In this document: positions 29,909-43,357 of the stretch, one piece after another
Numbering within the stretch: position 1 is the stretch's first letter
How the letters are laid out: the number at the start of each line of letters is the position of its first letter
Origin: Eledone cirrhosa
Lineage: Eukaryota
Reading direction: 5' to 3'
Length of the DNA: 64,000 nucleotides
Assembly: GCA_964016885.1 (NCBI GenBank)
Contig: OZ024746.1
Span: forward strand, 98,146,001-98,210,000
Notes under the pieces: generated by a model
Databases searched by the model: none
Told to the model about the DNA's origin: nothing
The model's input: the letters and a program-made list of their open reading frames with translations, nothing else
Program-made: the position numbers and the translations under genes

Positions 29909-29909
29909 T

Positions 29910-30500
29910 TCGTTTTTGAATTTGTTTTGCAAGATTTCTTATCTGAAAACGTGTGTTGAAACAGATTTTGTTATACTTTGGGAGGGTCATGTTGCCAATA
30001 AAAACACACGCACCTGTTGGTTTTCATTTCAATTTATTATAAATTTTAGTTTGGTTGGTTGGCTGGTGGGCTGGTTGGTTCGATAACTGGAAAGTTGTTT
30101 ATATATTGTCAAAGCGCTTTCGTCACACATTTTGTGACCTCCTCAGTGACAAGGTTTTTATTTTGTGTCTCTCCTTTGTTCTGTCCTACACTTTCTTGAA
30201 CAGAATGTGTGACGACAGAGCTTTGACGATATATAAACAACCTTCCGGTTATCGAACCAACCAGCCAACCGGAAATTGATAATAAATTGAAGTGAAAACC
30301 AACAGGTGAGTGTGTTTTTGTTGACAGCATGACCCTCCCAAAGTATAACAGAATATAATAGAATAAATATGGTTTTATAAATATAGTTTCCATTTATTTA
30401 ATATCATTGAATAATATACTCCAGAAAACCTGTCGAGTGCTCTGAATCAGTTATAAACATTTATATTTGTTGAATTACCAACAAATTGAATATCCCTTTT
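29910..30500. mobile_element. PLE-type terminal repeats: inverted pair (~29965-30135 / 30203-30354) plus second-family tail
   Basis: Diverged inverted arms flanked by (TA)n; shares sequence with 4950-5000 and 59088-59290. Confidence 0.7.
30106..30152 (-). ncRNA. Minimal type-I hammerhead ribozyme
   Basis: ttgtca-CTGAGGA-g-gtcaca/tgtgac-GAAA-gcgc-TT-tgacaa. Confidence 0.82.
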
Positions 30501-30501
30501 G

Positions 30502-30627
<126 letters not shown>

Positions 30628-30648
30628 CATATATATATATATATATAT

Positions 30649-30740
<92 letters not shown>

Positions 30741-31380
30741 AAACACGTAGCTTAGTAGTAAGGGTGTTGGACTCACCATCATAATATCGTGGGTTCGATT
30801 CCTGGGCCGGGTTGCGTGTTGTGTTCTCGAAGCGAATGCAATTATATAAAAGAGATCGGATGCAGATATGTTTCGGAAAATGAACGCTTTTCTATCCAGT
30901 CATCCAAATTAACTTTTACTTATCCATTTATCACGTATATGCCTACATGACCCCATAACTCCCGAGAGAGTCGTAGGGGGCATTTCTAGGGCAAATTTTA
31001 AAGCCTGGAGGAGCCCATCCTTTTACAGGCCTGAATACTGTAGATTTTTTCAAGAGAAAGATGGAAAGGAAGTGAGAAGGAATAGCGAAATGGCAGATAA
31101 AATACTTAGCAGGTATTCGTTCCGGCTTCCTTCTCCCTCAGTTCAAATCCAGCCGAGATCAAAGTTGACTTCCATCATTGATAAAAAAAAAAGTACCAGT
31201 TTAGTACTGGGGTCGATTCTTCCTCTGTATATCTTATTTTCTTTCCCATGTATACAAATGTTTTCATGTTTCGTCCGTTCTGAGTTCAAATTCCGCCACC
31301 TTTTTCCTTCCTGGGTCGATATAATCGACTTTTCTCTTGCCTCAAACTTGCTGGCTTTGATAGAAATACCTTGGAAAGAG

Positions 31381-33355
31381 CGGTGGATTGGCAGTATCGG
31401 TAGAGGGTCGGACGCCATGCTGGGGCAGTGGATTGGCAGTATCGGTAGAGGGTCGGACGCCATGCTGAGGCAGTGGATTGGCAGTATTGGTAGAGGGTCG
31501 GACGCCATGTTGGGGAAGTGGATTGGCAGTATTGGTAGAGTGTCGGACGCCATGCTGGGGCAGTGGATTGGCAGTATCGGTAGATGGTCGGACGCCATGC
31601 TAGGGTGGTGGATTGGCAGTATCGGTAGAGGGTCGGACGCCATGCTGGGGCAGTGGATTGGCAGTATCGGTAGAGGGTCGGACGCCATGCTGAGGCAGTG
31701 GATTGGCAGTATTGGTAGAGGGTCGGACGCCATGTTGGGGAAGTGGATTGGCAGTATTGGTAGAGTGTCGGACGCCATGCTGGGGCAGTGGATTGGCAGT
31801 ATCGGTAGATGGTCGGACGCCATGCTAGGGTGGTGGATTGGCAGTATCGGTAGAGGGTCGGACGCCATGCTAGGGTGGTGGATTGGCAGTATCGGTAGAG
31901 GGTCGGACGCCATGCTAGGGTGGTGGATGGGCAGTATCGGTAGAGGGTCGGACGCCATGCTGGGGCAGTGGATTGGCAGTATCGGTAGAGGGTCGGACGC
32001 CATGCTGGGGAAGTGGATTGGCAGTATCGGTAGAGGGTCGGACGCCATGCTAGGGTGGTGGATTGGCAGTATCGGTAGAGGGTCGGACGCCATGCTAGGG
32101 TGGTGGATTGGCAGTATTGGTAGAGGGTCGGACGCCATGCTGGGGCAGTGGATTGGCAGTATCGGTAGAGGGTCGGACGCCATGCTAGGGTGGTGGATTG
32201 GCAGTATTGGTAGAGGGTCGGACGCCATGCTGGGGCAGTGGATTGGCAGTATCGGTAGAGGGTCGGACGCCATGCTGGGGAAGTGGATTGGCAGTATCGG
32301 TAGAGGGTCGGACGCCATGCTAGGGTGGTGGATTGGCAGTATCGGTAGAGGGTCGGACGCCATGCTGGGGAAGTGGATTGGCAGTATCGGTAGAGGGTCG
32401 GACGCCATGCTAGGGTGGTGGATTGGCAGTATCGGTAGAGGGTCGGACGCCATGCTGGGGCGGTGGATTGGCAGTATTGGTAGAGGGTCGGACGCCATGC
32501 TAGTGTGGTGGATTGGCAGTATCGGTAGAGGGTCGGACGCCATGCTAGGGTGGTGGATTGGCAGTATCGGTAGAGGGTCGGACGCCATGCTAGGGCGGTG
32601 GATTGGCAGTATTGGTAGAGGGTCGGACGCCATGCTGGGGAAGTGGATTGGCAGTATCGGTAGAGGGTCGGACGCCATGCTGGGGCGGTGGATTGGCAGT
32701 ATTGGTAGAGGGTCGGACGCCATGCTGGGGAAGTGGATTGGCAGTATCGGTAGAGGGTCGGACGCCATGCTAGGGTGGTGGATTGGCAGTATTGGTAGAG
32801 GGTCGGACGCCATGCTGGGGAAGTGGATTGGCAGTATCGGTAGAGGGTCGGACGCCATGCTGGGGCAGTGGATTGGCAGTATCGGTAGAGGGTCGGACGC
32901 CATGCTGGGGAAGTGGATTGGCAGTATCGATAGAGGGTCGGACGCCATGCTGGGGCAGTGGATTGGCAGTATCGGTAGAGGGTCGGACGCCATGCTGGGG
33001 CAGTGGATTGGCAGTATCGGTAGAGGGTCGGACGCCATGCTGGGGCAGTGGATTGGCAGTATCGGTAGAGGGTCGGACGCCATGCTGGGGCAGTGGATTG
33101 GCAGTATCGGTAGATGGTCGGACGCCATGCTAGGGTGGTGGATTGGCAGTATCGGTAGAGGGTCGGACGCCATGCTGGGGCAGTGGATTGGCAGTATCGG
33201 TAGATGGTCGGACGCCATGCTAGGGTGGTGGATTGGCAGTATCGGTAGAGGGTCGGACGCCATGCTGGGGCAGTGGATTGGCAGTATTGGTAGAGGGTCG
33301 GACGCCATGTTGGGGAAGTGGATTGGCAGTATCGGTAGAGGGTCGGACGCCATGC
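31381..33355 (+). repeat. 45-bp minisatellite (~44 units) derived from the SINE A 5' head
   Basis: Unit NNGTGGATTGGCAGTATCGGTAGAGGGTCGGACGCCATGCTRGGG; last unit runs into a SINE body (B-box ~33389). Confidence 0.97.
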
Positions 33356-33636
33356 TTTGCAGCAAAGAGTTACGGAAATTTAGGATCTGAGTTCAAATCC
33401 CGCCGAGATTAACTTTCCCTTACACAGTAATACACTGGGATAATTGCTGGCCTTGTGCCAAAAGTAGAAACAAGTATTATATGTCCATAGCGGCATAGAG
33501 TTACACCCCTTTACGGTCTGAGTACAAATCCCGCTAAGGTTAACTTTACCTTTCATACTTACAGGGTCCATAAAATAAAGTACCAGTAATGTACTGGGAT
33601 AATTTCTGGCCTTGTGCCAAAAGTAGAAACAATTAT
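33356..33636 (+). mobile_element. SINE A body plus a second 5'-truncated copy
   Basis: GAGTTCAAATCCCGCCGAG...GCTGGCCTTGTGCCAAAAGTAGAAACAA twice. Confidence 0.88.
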
Positions 33637-34120
33637 TTTTTCCATGTTTCTCATATTTTTTCCCGTTATTTTCTTTAGAAATATTGTAACAAAAGACTTA
33701 AGAAACGTTTCTGTTGAAAGTGAGATCAGAGCAAATACAAACATTGAATTAAGTTATGAAACTTGGCAGGTGAAGAAACAACAAAGTTTCTTTCTTTGAG
33801 AAATTTTCTGAACTAACCGTGCATGGAGACGCCTTTATAGAAATGATGCATTACAATACACTACATGATAATTTGTACAAACACGCACACAAATACAAAC
33901 ACCGACACAGAAAAACACACACACGCACACACACAAACACACACGCACACACACACACAGAAACAAACAAACACAACACACAAACACACAGAAACACACA
34001 GAAACATACAAAAACACAGATACAAAAACAAACACACTCAAAAATAAACACAACACATAAACACACACACAAACACAAACAAACAAACAAACAACCCCCC
34101 CCCACACACACACACACATA

Positions 34121-34498
34121 TATAAGGAAAAAAGATGAAATCGAAAATGCAACTGGAGTCTTTTTAAGAATATTTATTTGGTTCCTTTACCGGTTTCGTA
34201 GTTCTTATGCTTTTTAAAAGTAGAATTGTGATGGAGTGTTTCTGGTTTTTCTCGCATCTGGTTGGTGTTCGAATGTTACTTCTGTTTTATGTGGAAAAAA
34301 TGGCCCGAAATGCTAGGTTTTTTTTCCACATTAAATAGAAGTAACATTCGAACACCAACTAGATGCGAGAAAACCACAAACACTCCATCACAATTCTACT
34401 TTTAAAAAGCATAAGAACTGCGAAACCGGTAAAGGAAGCAAATAAATATTCTTAAAAAGACTCCAGTTGCATTTTCGATTTCATCTTTTTTCCTTATA
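34121..34498. repeat. Long inverted repeat (~180-bp arms, ~19-nt loop)
   Basis: TATAAGGAAAAAAGATGAAATCGAAAATGC...GCATTTTCGATTTCATCTTTTTTCCTTATA. Confidence 0.95.
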
Positions 34499-34998
34499 CT
34501 TTCAATCGTGTAGGACATCTCGTTTTTTATTTCATTTTGGAAAAAAACTCTCATTTTCTAATATATATATATATTGATATTTGTGAATAGATTTTTGATT
34601 TCTTATTTTATCTAGCATTTGACTACAACAGTTTTTTATTCCCCTCTATTTCATATTTCCTTTTTCTTCGTTTTTTTTTTATTCGCCTTCGTTTTCTCTT
34701 TACTCTCCCCTCATCCTCCCTCTCTTTTATTTTTAATCGTCTTTTCTTTTATATTTTTTCTTCTTTTATTTATCCCTTCATCCATTTATTTATTTTTTTT
34801 TTTTTTTTTAATTTATTTATTGCCTTTTCCTCTTCTTTGCATCCCGCTCGTATATTTCTAATTTGCTCTATGTCCTTTTATTCTTTAAGTTTATCATATT
34901 ATTTGTGCTATAAAAACGTTGAGATTTTGTGAAATAAATCCCTGCCAATACTGGAATTGAATAATCAAAACCGTAGCGGTGTGTCACATATCAAATCT

Positions 34999-35065
34999 TA
35001 TATTTTGTCTGATGAAAACGTACTTAAACACCATTGTACCTTTGAAATATGTATAATAAAATATA
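34999..35065 (+). ncRNA. Minimal type-I hammerhead ribozyme
   Basis: tatattttgt-CTGATGA-aaacgtac/gtaccttt-GAAA-tatgta-TA-ataaaatata. Confidence 0.85.
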
Positions 35066-35202
35066 TATTTTGATTATGAGAATATTTTTCATTTATTAAC
35101 ATTTTGAATAATATATATATATATATATTATTCAAAATGTTAATTAATGAAAAATATTCTCATAATCAAAATATATATTTTATTATATACATATATATAT
35201 AT

Positions 35203-35300
<98 letters not shown>

Positions 35301-35414
35301 TATGTATCATTTTTAATATAGAAATGGCCTCTACAGGACTAGAACATTGAACTTTCTTCCCTCTTTTCCATATGAAGCGTGCAACTAAGATATTTTGTAT
35401 GGGACACGCAAGAC

Positions 35415-35535
35415 AAGTCGACGATGATAAAGGACAGAGACCGCTGGAGAGAAGTCGTCCATGGACGACTTCTCTCCAGCGAGATCCATGGACGAGTTCT
35501 CTCCAGCGGTCTCTGTCCTTTATCATCGGCGATGA
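35415..35535. repeat. Palindrome made of an RTE-like extreme 3' end
   Basis: GATGATAAAGGACAGAGACCGCTGGAGAGAAGTCGTCCATGGACGAC... reads KDRDRWREVVHG on both strands. Confidence 0.7.
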
Positions 35536-35617
35536 TATATACGGTAAGCATGATGCAATTCAATTCAAGCACTCAATGTCATGTTGCTTTTTCCAAATAA
35601 GAATGACGGAGTATATA

Positions 35618-36000
35618 AAGAATAAGAAAAATGTGAGGAGTCCTTTATTGATAAGGCTGTGGTACATATTTCAATGACGCCACTGGCCACGTGATTTAAC
35701 GCACCTAATGTCACGATCTCATTAGACAGCTTCACTATGTAATAAGTTTACCTTCTCGAAGCAATCCTCTGCAGCGGAACTGAAGCTCACAAGGGAACGG
35801 ACGAAGGCTTCAAAAACATTATCTTTGTCCGTTCCCTTGCTGCTTTAGTTTGGATTGCCTCGAGAAAATAACCTTATTACATAATGAAGCTGTCTGACGA
35901 GATCATGACATCGGTTGCGTGAAATCACGTGGCCACTGTCGTCATTGAAATATGTACCACAGCTTTTACATCTAAAACATCTTCGCTTTTTTCTTATTCT
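35618..36000. repeat. Diverged inverted repeat carrying two opposed hammerhead motifs (35654-35732 minus; 35887-35965 plus)
   Basis: aagctgt-CTGACGA-gatcatgaca/tgtcgtcatt-GAAA-tatgta-CC-acagctt; the mirror copy has CTAATGA. Confidence 0.75.
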
Positions 36001-36014
36001 CTCTCTCTCTCCCC

Positions 36015-36073
<59 letters not shown>

Positions 36074-37129
36074 GTAGTTAAGCAAATCAAGACCACAAGC
36101 TCACATAGAAGACATTAGTTGAAAAGTATCAACATTAACTGTAGTTTAATATAAAAAAGGGGCTAATAATGTCAGTTTACAATTGTTTCATTACTCCATA
36201 TAATGTTTCTGGATCAATCGATGGTAATATCGTTATTGATTTCGTGCAGAGAAACATAATTAACATAGAATAATATTATGGAGCAGCTCCTCAGAACTTG
36301 AAGTTAGATAAGGAAAATATTAATATGTATAAAGTAGAAATAAAAATAAAATAAAATAAAATAAGAGGGTTACGTGTCTGTAAATAATCGTCAGATTAGC
36401 AGGTCCCTAGATGAGGTCCCTTGGCACTGGAAAATTCAAGTGTGTCATATAAAGAAACGTTAAGTATCTGTCGAGGCTGAAGGTAAACAATGCCGCCTAA
36501 CGCACAGCAAAATGGCTTCTTGTAGGGAAATTACCTCATTGTACAGAGATGGGTTAACAAAATGTTCAGAGAAATTCTGTTTAAGACAGTGTGTGACAAG
36601 GCTTGCTCATTGAATTTACGGTTGAAATTCATTTTTTAAGCTGAGTGGGCTGAAGTAACGGAAAGTAAAGAGACTTGCCCAAATATACAACCCGCTGGCA
36701 TGTCCAGGAATCGAACACACGATTTTACGATCATGAGCCCAACACGGTATCCACCAAGCGACGCACCTTCACATGCTTGACAAGTACAGGATGGTCCGAA
36801 GGTCTTGTCACCAAAAAGTAATGAGAAACAGTTTATGTTCCCATCGCAGTATCGTCCTGTTCGGAGAAGCTGGTTTACTGAATCTTGCAGTGAAGTCATG
36901 TCACATTCTCCATGCTCTTGCCAGAATGCACACGACCATGTGTCCATACACTTGCAAGTAGCCTCTCTTCCAAATTGTAGGAGCTCTGAAATAGAAAATT
37001 ATATTATTATTATATATTATAATTAATGATATTATATATTATATTATTAAAACAAAAATTACTGAAAGTTAAAACAATACGCGACAAGGGGTGACAAGAC
37101 TTTCGGACCACCCTGTACAATACAGTGGA

Positions 37130-37360
37130 TTTTCCGGCCGCTTCTTTTCGCTCTGGTTGCCGTCGAGATCTGAGGCGTACTCGGACCTCGCACTGCCGAG
37201 CTCCTCCGCAAGGTCGTGACGTCAGCAGGCTATCTAAGGATTGAGCTCCACGAGGTGGGGTGGCCGTTGTCCAAGGAAATGCCTTTGCGGTCTTGTCTGC
37301 TGGGTTTAGCCCTGAAACCGCCACGCCCGAGGCCCAGATCCCCTTCCCAACCAACCAATA
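37130..37360 (+). mobile_element. CRE-like 3' fragment
   Basis: VAVEI*GVLGPRTAELLRKVVTSAGYLRIELHEVGW, homologous to 16243-16345. Confidence 0.55.
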
Positions 37361-37958
37361 AACATTTTTCTTTTATATTATATATAGATAATTATGTCAC
37401 ATAATATGGAATCTACGTGATTTGGATTATGTATTTTGAGAACGATACCTTAACATAAGTATGAGCAGCAGGTTATGATTGGTTTAAACAGAAAGAGGGG
37501 AGAGAATTCTGGCCGGATACAGCCGTTTTAAATGCTAAAGGGTAAACATGTCCATAAAACCGTGATCCTTTAAGGTTCAGTGTGTCTGCGTCCTAGGCAG
37601 CTGCTTAGTTGGCCTGAACGGAAGCGCCAGTCCTGAATATAGTTATTAAATCTGACGTCTAATCGTTAGTGTGTACACCTTCGCATTTACTGCAGAGAAC
37701 TGTAGAGGTATTGATATTGAGTAATTGTGAGAAGGAATGGCTGTGATAATTGATCAAAGTACTAGGAGGGTTTGAAATATACTTTTTATCAGGTTTCTCA
37801 GATAATAATTAAAGAATATAAACAGCGGAGATCTGACGAGTTTGTGATAGTTGTTGGTGAGCTTATACATAAAATTTGTTTATGGTTAAAAATTCTGATT
37901 TGTCAATATTAGGTTTTCACACACATACACACACATGCCCCCTCTCTCTCACACACAA

Positions 37959-38121
<163 letters not shown>

Positions 38122-38244
38122 GATACAATCGTATCGCAAAAAGCAACACAGATCGATTTATCTGATTTTGAACGAACCGCAATTTTCCAAGACTCAGGAT
38201 AAAATCTACCAATACTATGCATGTATGCATGTATGTATGTATGT

Positions 38245-38660
38245 ACGGGAGAGATGACCCCTTAGCCTTTGTCAAGGCAGAATTCTAGGAGAAGGAAAAC
38301 TCTGATATAACACCTGCAACCCTGATGGTATCCAATGATGTTGACTTGTTCTTCTTTTTGGTAAATATCATCTTCGTTAAGAGAGTGGGACTGGCTTTGT
38401 GCAGTGCCTTTGCTCACTATAAAAGCTTCACGGCACAGGCATTGCTTTATATCTGGAGATCTCTCTGCACTTGTCGTCACATGATACCATGGGCCCAGCA
38501 CTAAGTGTCAATAATTGTCGCAAGTGTAGTGTTTGTACCAGAGTTTTCAAGTCGCTGGCTGGACTAAAAAGTCACACTCGTTCAGCGCATCGGTAAGGGT
38601 TCTCCTACATGGATATAAAGTAGTGGCCGTACTCTAAAACGAGTTGGCAGCCACCATGTT
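38245..38660 (+). mobile_element. Internally deleted RTE derivative (5' UTR plus 3' end)
   Basis: RTE 5' UTR-type motif AGGAGAAGGAAAACTCTGAT; C2H2 finger CSVCTRVFKSLAGLKSHTRSAH*; (ATGT)n on both sides. Confidence 0.65.
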
Positions 38661-38683
38661 TGTATGTATGTATGTATGTGTAT

Positions 38684-38799
<116 letters not shown>

Positions 38800-39153
38800 T
38801 TACAACAGCGACATATACAGGTACTTAAGTTACATACAGTGTCTCTTGGGGACTTTTAAGCCTGGCAGAGCCCACCCCTCTCCAGGCCTGAGTACAGCAG
38901 ATTTCTTCCAGAGAAAGATAGAAAGTGAGAGAGAGGAAATGAGGAAGAGATATAGAGGAAGAATCGACACCAGTACTTGACTGGTACTTTTGTTATCGAC
39001 CTCTAAAGATGAAAGACAAAGTTGGCCTCGGTGGGATTTGAACTCAGAGGGCCGGAACAAATACCATAAAGCATTCTATCCGCCCTTCTAATGACTCTGC
39101 TAATTCGCCGCTTATTCGTGTCATACACAAAGACAATTCTTCGCAGGAGACTA

Positions 39154-39529
39154 CCGTATTTCACGGCATTGAAGATGTTACTTTTCTCCTAAAATAAGTC
39201 TCAAAAATCTACCATGTGTCCTGGAGGCCGAACGTTGTTTATTATTTCTTTTCAATGGCGGTGGATTGGCAGTATCGGTAGAGGGTCGGACGCCATGCTT
39301 TGACGCATAGAGTTACGGCCCTTGCCATTCTGAGTTCAAATCCTGCCGAGGTTAACTTTGCCTTTCATCCTTACGGGGTCGATAAAATAAAGTACCAGTA
39401 ATGTAATGCACTGGGTAATTGCTTGCCTTGTGCCAAAAAGTAGAAACAATTATTTCTTTTCAAATTTTTGGTTGTCAAAATTAGGGTGTATCCTCGAGGA
39501 CGAAGCGTCTTCGGCGCCGGGAAATACGG
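39154..39529. mobile_element. Tc1/pogo-type MITE with SINE A insertion (39256-39452)
   Basis: TA-CCGTATTTC...GAAATACGG-TA; SINE flanked by TSD ATTATTTCTTTTCAA. Confidence 0.88.
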
Positions 39530-40826
39530 TACTTTCTCTGCTGAGTTGCTGGATCTGTTTGAGAATAAAAGGAGCCATATAATAGAATTGTCTCAACCGA
39601 TATTCGAAACAAATTTTTACTAGGTTCTTATCAATTCTTTACTGTCACAAATTAGAATATTTTGAGTTACAGCTTAGCTACCGGTATCATGACATAGATA
39701 TCACAATACAGTTTATGATAGGAGTATTGCCAATCTAATTATGGTGGAACATTTTATAACAATGAAATAGTACTTCTGCACAAGAGGAAATGCAGTGCAT
39801 CTTTTTTTTTTTTTTTTTTCTCAATATTCTACGTTGAAATTGAGGCCAGAAAAAGGAGTGTCATAGCAGACATCAGACAGTAAATTTGGATTCCACTTTC
39901 AACCTACTTACAATAGATAATAAGTGTCATCCTTGTCCTAAATATTTTAAGACCACATATAATGTTATGTTGCGGTTATTGGTGCACCAGTCCTTTCCCT
40001 TCAATAAAATAATTATTGACTATTAAAAATTTTTTTTATTTTTTCTGTACAATGATTTCAAATGAGAGCGAACATAGCCTAAAACAACACGAGTTGAAGT
40101 AACGAGAATTCCAGCAATGACGTCACAGATCACGACAGCAACAATGATAATCTTTTCTAGTGTGACAACGGTGGTGATCACACAAATAATCATATTTAAT
40201 CATATTTAATTGGACATATTTTCTCAACATGAAAATAGGAAGAAGGATTGGTATATTGAGCGTCAGAGACAACGTGTAAAACTTTAGATATGCTTCAGGC
40301 GGGTCGTATCCGCTACTTAAGAATCTTGAATATTAAATTTATTTCAACGAGAAAAATATAATAATAATTATTAAGGACACTCTCTTTCATAAATCCAATT
40401 GGTAACAATGTTATTTTCAAAAATAATTTCCTTGATAATTATTATCTTCGTTGATAATCACAACTCGCAGAATACCCGGCGTTACCCAGGCTGAGAATTA
40501 GTTCTAGACGGACCAGAACGCATTTCTGTGCTACAAATATGCGGGGCGCAGCCCCATCACTACCACGCCCTAGGTCCAGACCCAGTCACCATCCCCTTAT
40601 CCCCTCTCCATTCTTCTCTGACACTAGAGCCCTTGTCTTTCCCTCGTCTTTCCGTTCTTTTTTTATATTTTCTTTATTTTGCATTCCATTCGTTTTACTC
40701 AATCAAAAGAAAAATATTCATAGTTTAAATAAATGTCACGTGGAAGATTGATGCATGTTGAGAACACGTGATTAAGGGAAAGGGACAATGTTTTTGATTC
40801 CTTTCACTGTATTGTTGAACATAATA

Positions 40827-41153
40827 CAGTCTACCCCCGCTATTCAAGTCCCGGTTATTCGAGGAATTTTCTTTAGAACCTAACATTCGCGGAATTGTAA
40901 ATATCTTCCGCAATTTTTGTTATGGCTTTTTTCGTGACAATATATATTTGTTAACGCTAAATAACAATCTACCATATTTGCCGGTCTATTGGACGCCCCT
41001 TCGCATAATACGCTCCCTCTTTTTTTTATTATATTTTACGATATAGTTTGACGTTTATAGGCATTTTTATGGACCATGTCCAATATTCGCAGTTTTTCGC
41101 TCTCCGCGGGTACTCCAGGAACGTAACCCCCCGCGAATAACGGGCGACAACTG
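40827..41153. mobile_element. pogo/Tigger-type MITE (uninterrupted copy)
   Basis: TA-CAGTCTACCCCCGCTATTC...GAATAACGGGCGACAACTG-TA; homologous to 55811-57011. Confidence 0.8.
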
Positions 41154-41543
41154 TATTTGCCTTGTTTTTGTTTTTTTTACTTGAAACGATTTTATTGACT
41201 GGTCAGGAAAGGGAGGGCAATGTCCATGGCCCTTTCAAAGGCCTCTGAAACTGGTGAGTGTGAGAAGTGGAGAGGGGTAACTATAGTCCGGAGACTTAAT
41301 CCGAATCCTTTCAGTAGAGTGAGCTCTGTTAAAGGTACACAAGGGCCAGATAGTGGTGTTAAACCGAGCAAAGGACTAAGTCTAACCTGTCCACCACCCA
41401 AAAAAACAGAGTGTTTCGAACTCAGAATGCAAATGACTTGAATTAATACCGCAATGTTTGTATTTATCGTAGTTATGTTCTTATGAGTTGTACCTGTAGT
41501 TCGAATGGCCAGCCTTGTCACATACACTCACATATATATAATA

Positions 41544-42310
<767 letters not shown>

Positions 42311-42394
42311 TATATATATATATATTTATGTATATATATATATATTTATGTATGTATATATATATATATTTATGTATGTATATATATATATATT

Positions 42395-42476
<82 letters not shown>

Positions 42477-42479
<3 letters not shown>

Positions 42480-42625
42480 TTATTAAAATAACAGATTAAA
42501 GTTTCAGCAAAGAATCGCTGCTTTCACCCTTAACGGAATCTTCTGAAACTGAGTTTCAGAAGATTCCGTTAAGGGTGACAGCAGCGATTCTTTGCTGAAA
42601 CTTTAATCTGTTATTTTAATAAATA
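42477..42625. repeat. Near-perfect palindrome (74-bp arms, 1-nt centre) abutting (TA)n
   Basis: ...TTCTGAAACT-G-AGTTTCAGAA...; one mismatch seen. Confidence 0.95.
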
Positions 42626-42711
42626 TTTGCTCTACGGTTCTTATATATTTCATATATATCTATCCTTATCGAGCCCTCTTTGGATTTTAGTCTTCAAATT
42701 TATTATTATTA

Positions 42712-42823
<112 letters not shown>

Positions 42824-42889
42824 ACTACCCTAAGTATTGAGTACTCTGGTGCGTTATGGTTCATCTGGTTCCTTACCACATTTCCTTCG

Positions 42890-42922
<33 letters not shown>

Positions 42923-42962
42923 TGATATTAATAAATGGAAACTATATTTATAAAACCATATT

Positions 42963-43023
42963 TATTCTATTATATATATTTCAAGGGTACCAAAACTTTG
43001 GTACGCTCTCATCAGATAAAATA
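42963..43023 (-). ncRNA. Minimal type-I hammerhead ribozyme
   Basis: tattttat-CTGATGA-gagcgtaccaaa/tttggtaccctt-GAAA-tatata-TA-atagaata. Confidence 0.87.
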
Positions 43024-43082
43024 CAAAGTTTGTTTTATAAATATTGACATATCCAGGAAGAAGATCTTAAACGGTTCAAGTT

Positions 43083-43134
<52 letters not shown>

Positions 43135-43357
43135 CTGTGTGTGTATGTGTGTACAACACACGACGGACTTCAGCAGCTTCCGTCTACCAAATTTCACTCA
43201 CAAAGCATTAAACATGACAAGAGTAAAGCATGGGACATCTGGTAAAGATGCAGTGAGATTGTGATGGTATTCTTCACTTCTTCTTTATGATGCAACAGAA
43301 TTCTGTTGCTTTACTTGTCTACACCAATCGCAGTATTTAACTCGCACATTATTTTAT

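Noticed and set aside
31381-33355. CRISPR-like array
   Set aside because: No unique spacers, only a few recurring junction variants; eukaryotic context and no cas genes
31072-33390. 772-aa and 740-aa ORFs as real repeat proteins
   Set aside because: They arise from a stop-free 45-bp unit taken from a SINE head; ORFs on both strands are expected, and there is no independent coding evidence
42552-42612. Hammerhead within the 42.5-kb palindrome
   Set aside because: Only a GAAA-ctttaa-TC half after a hairpin; no CTGANGA core
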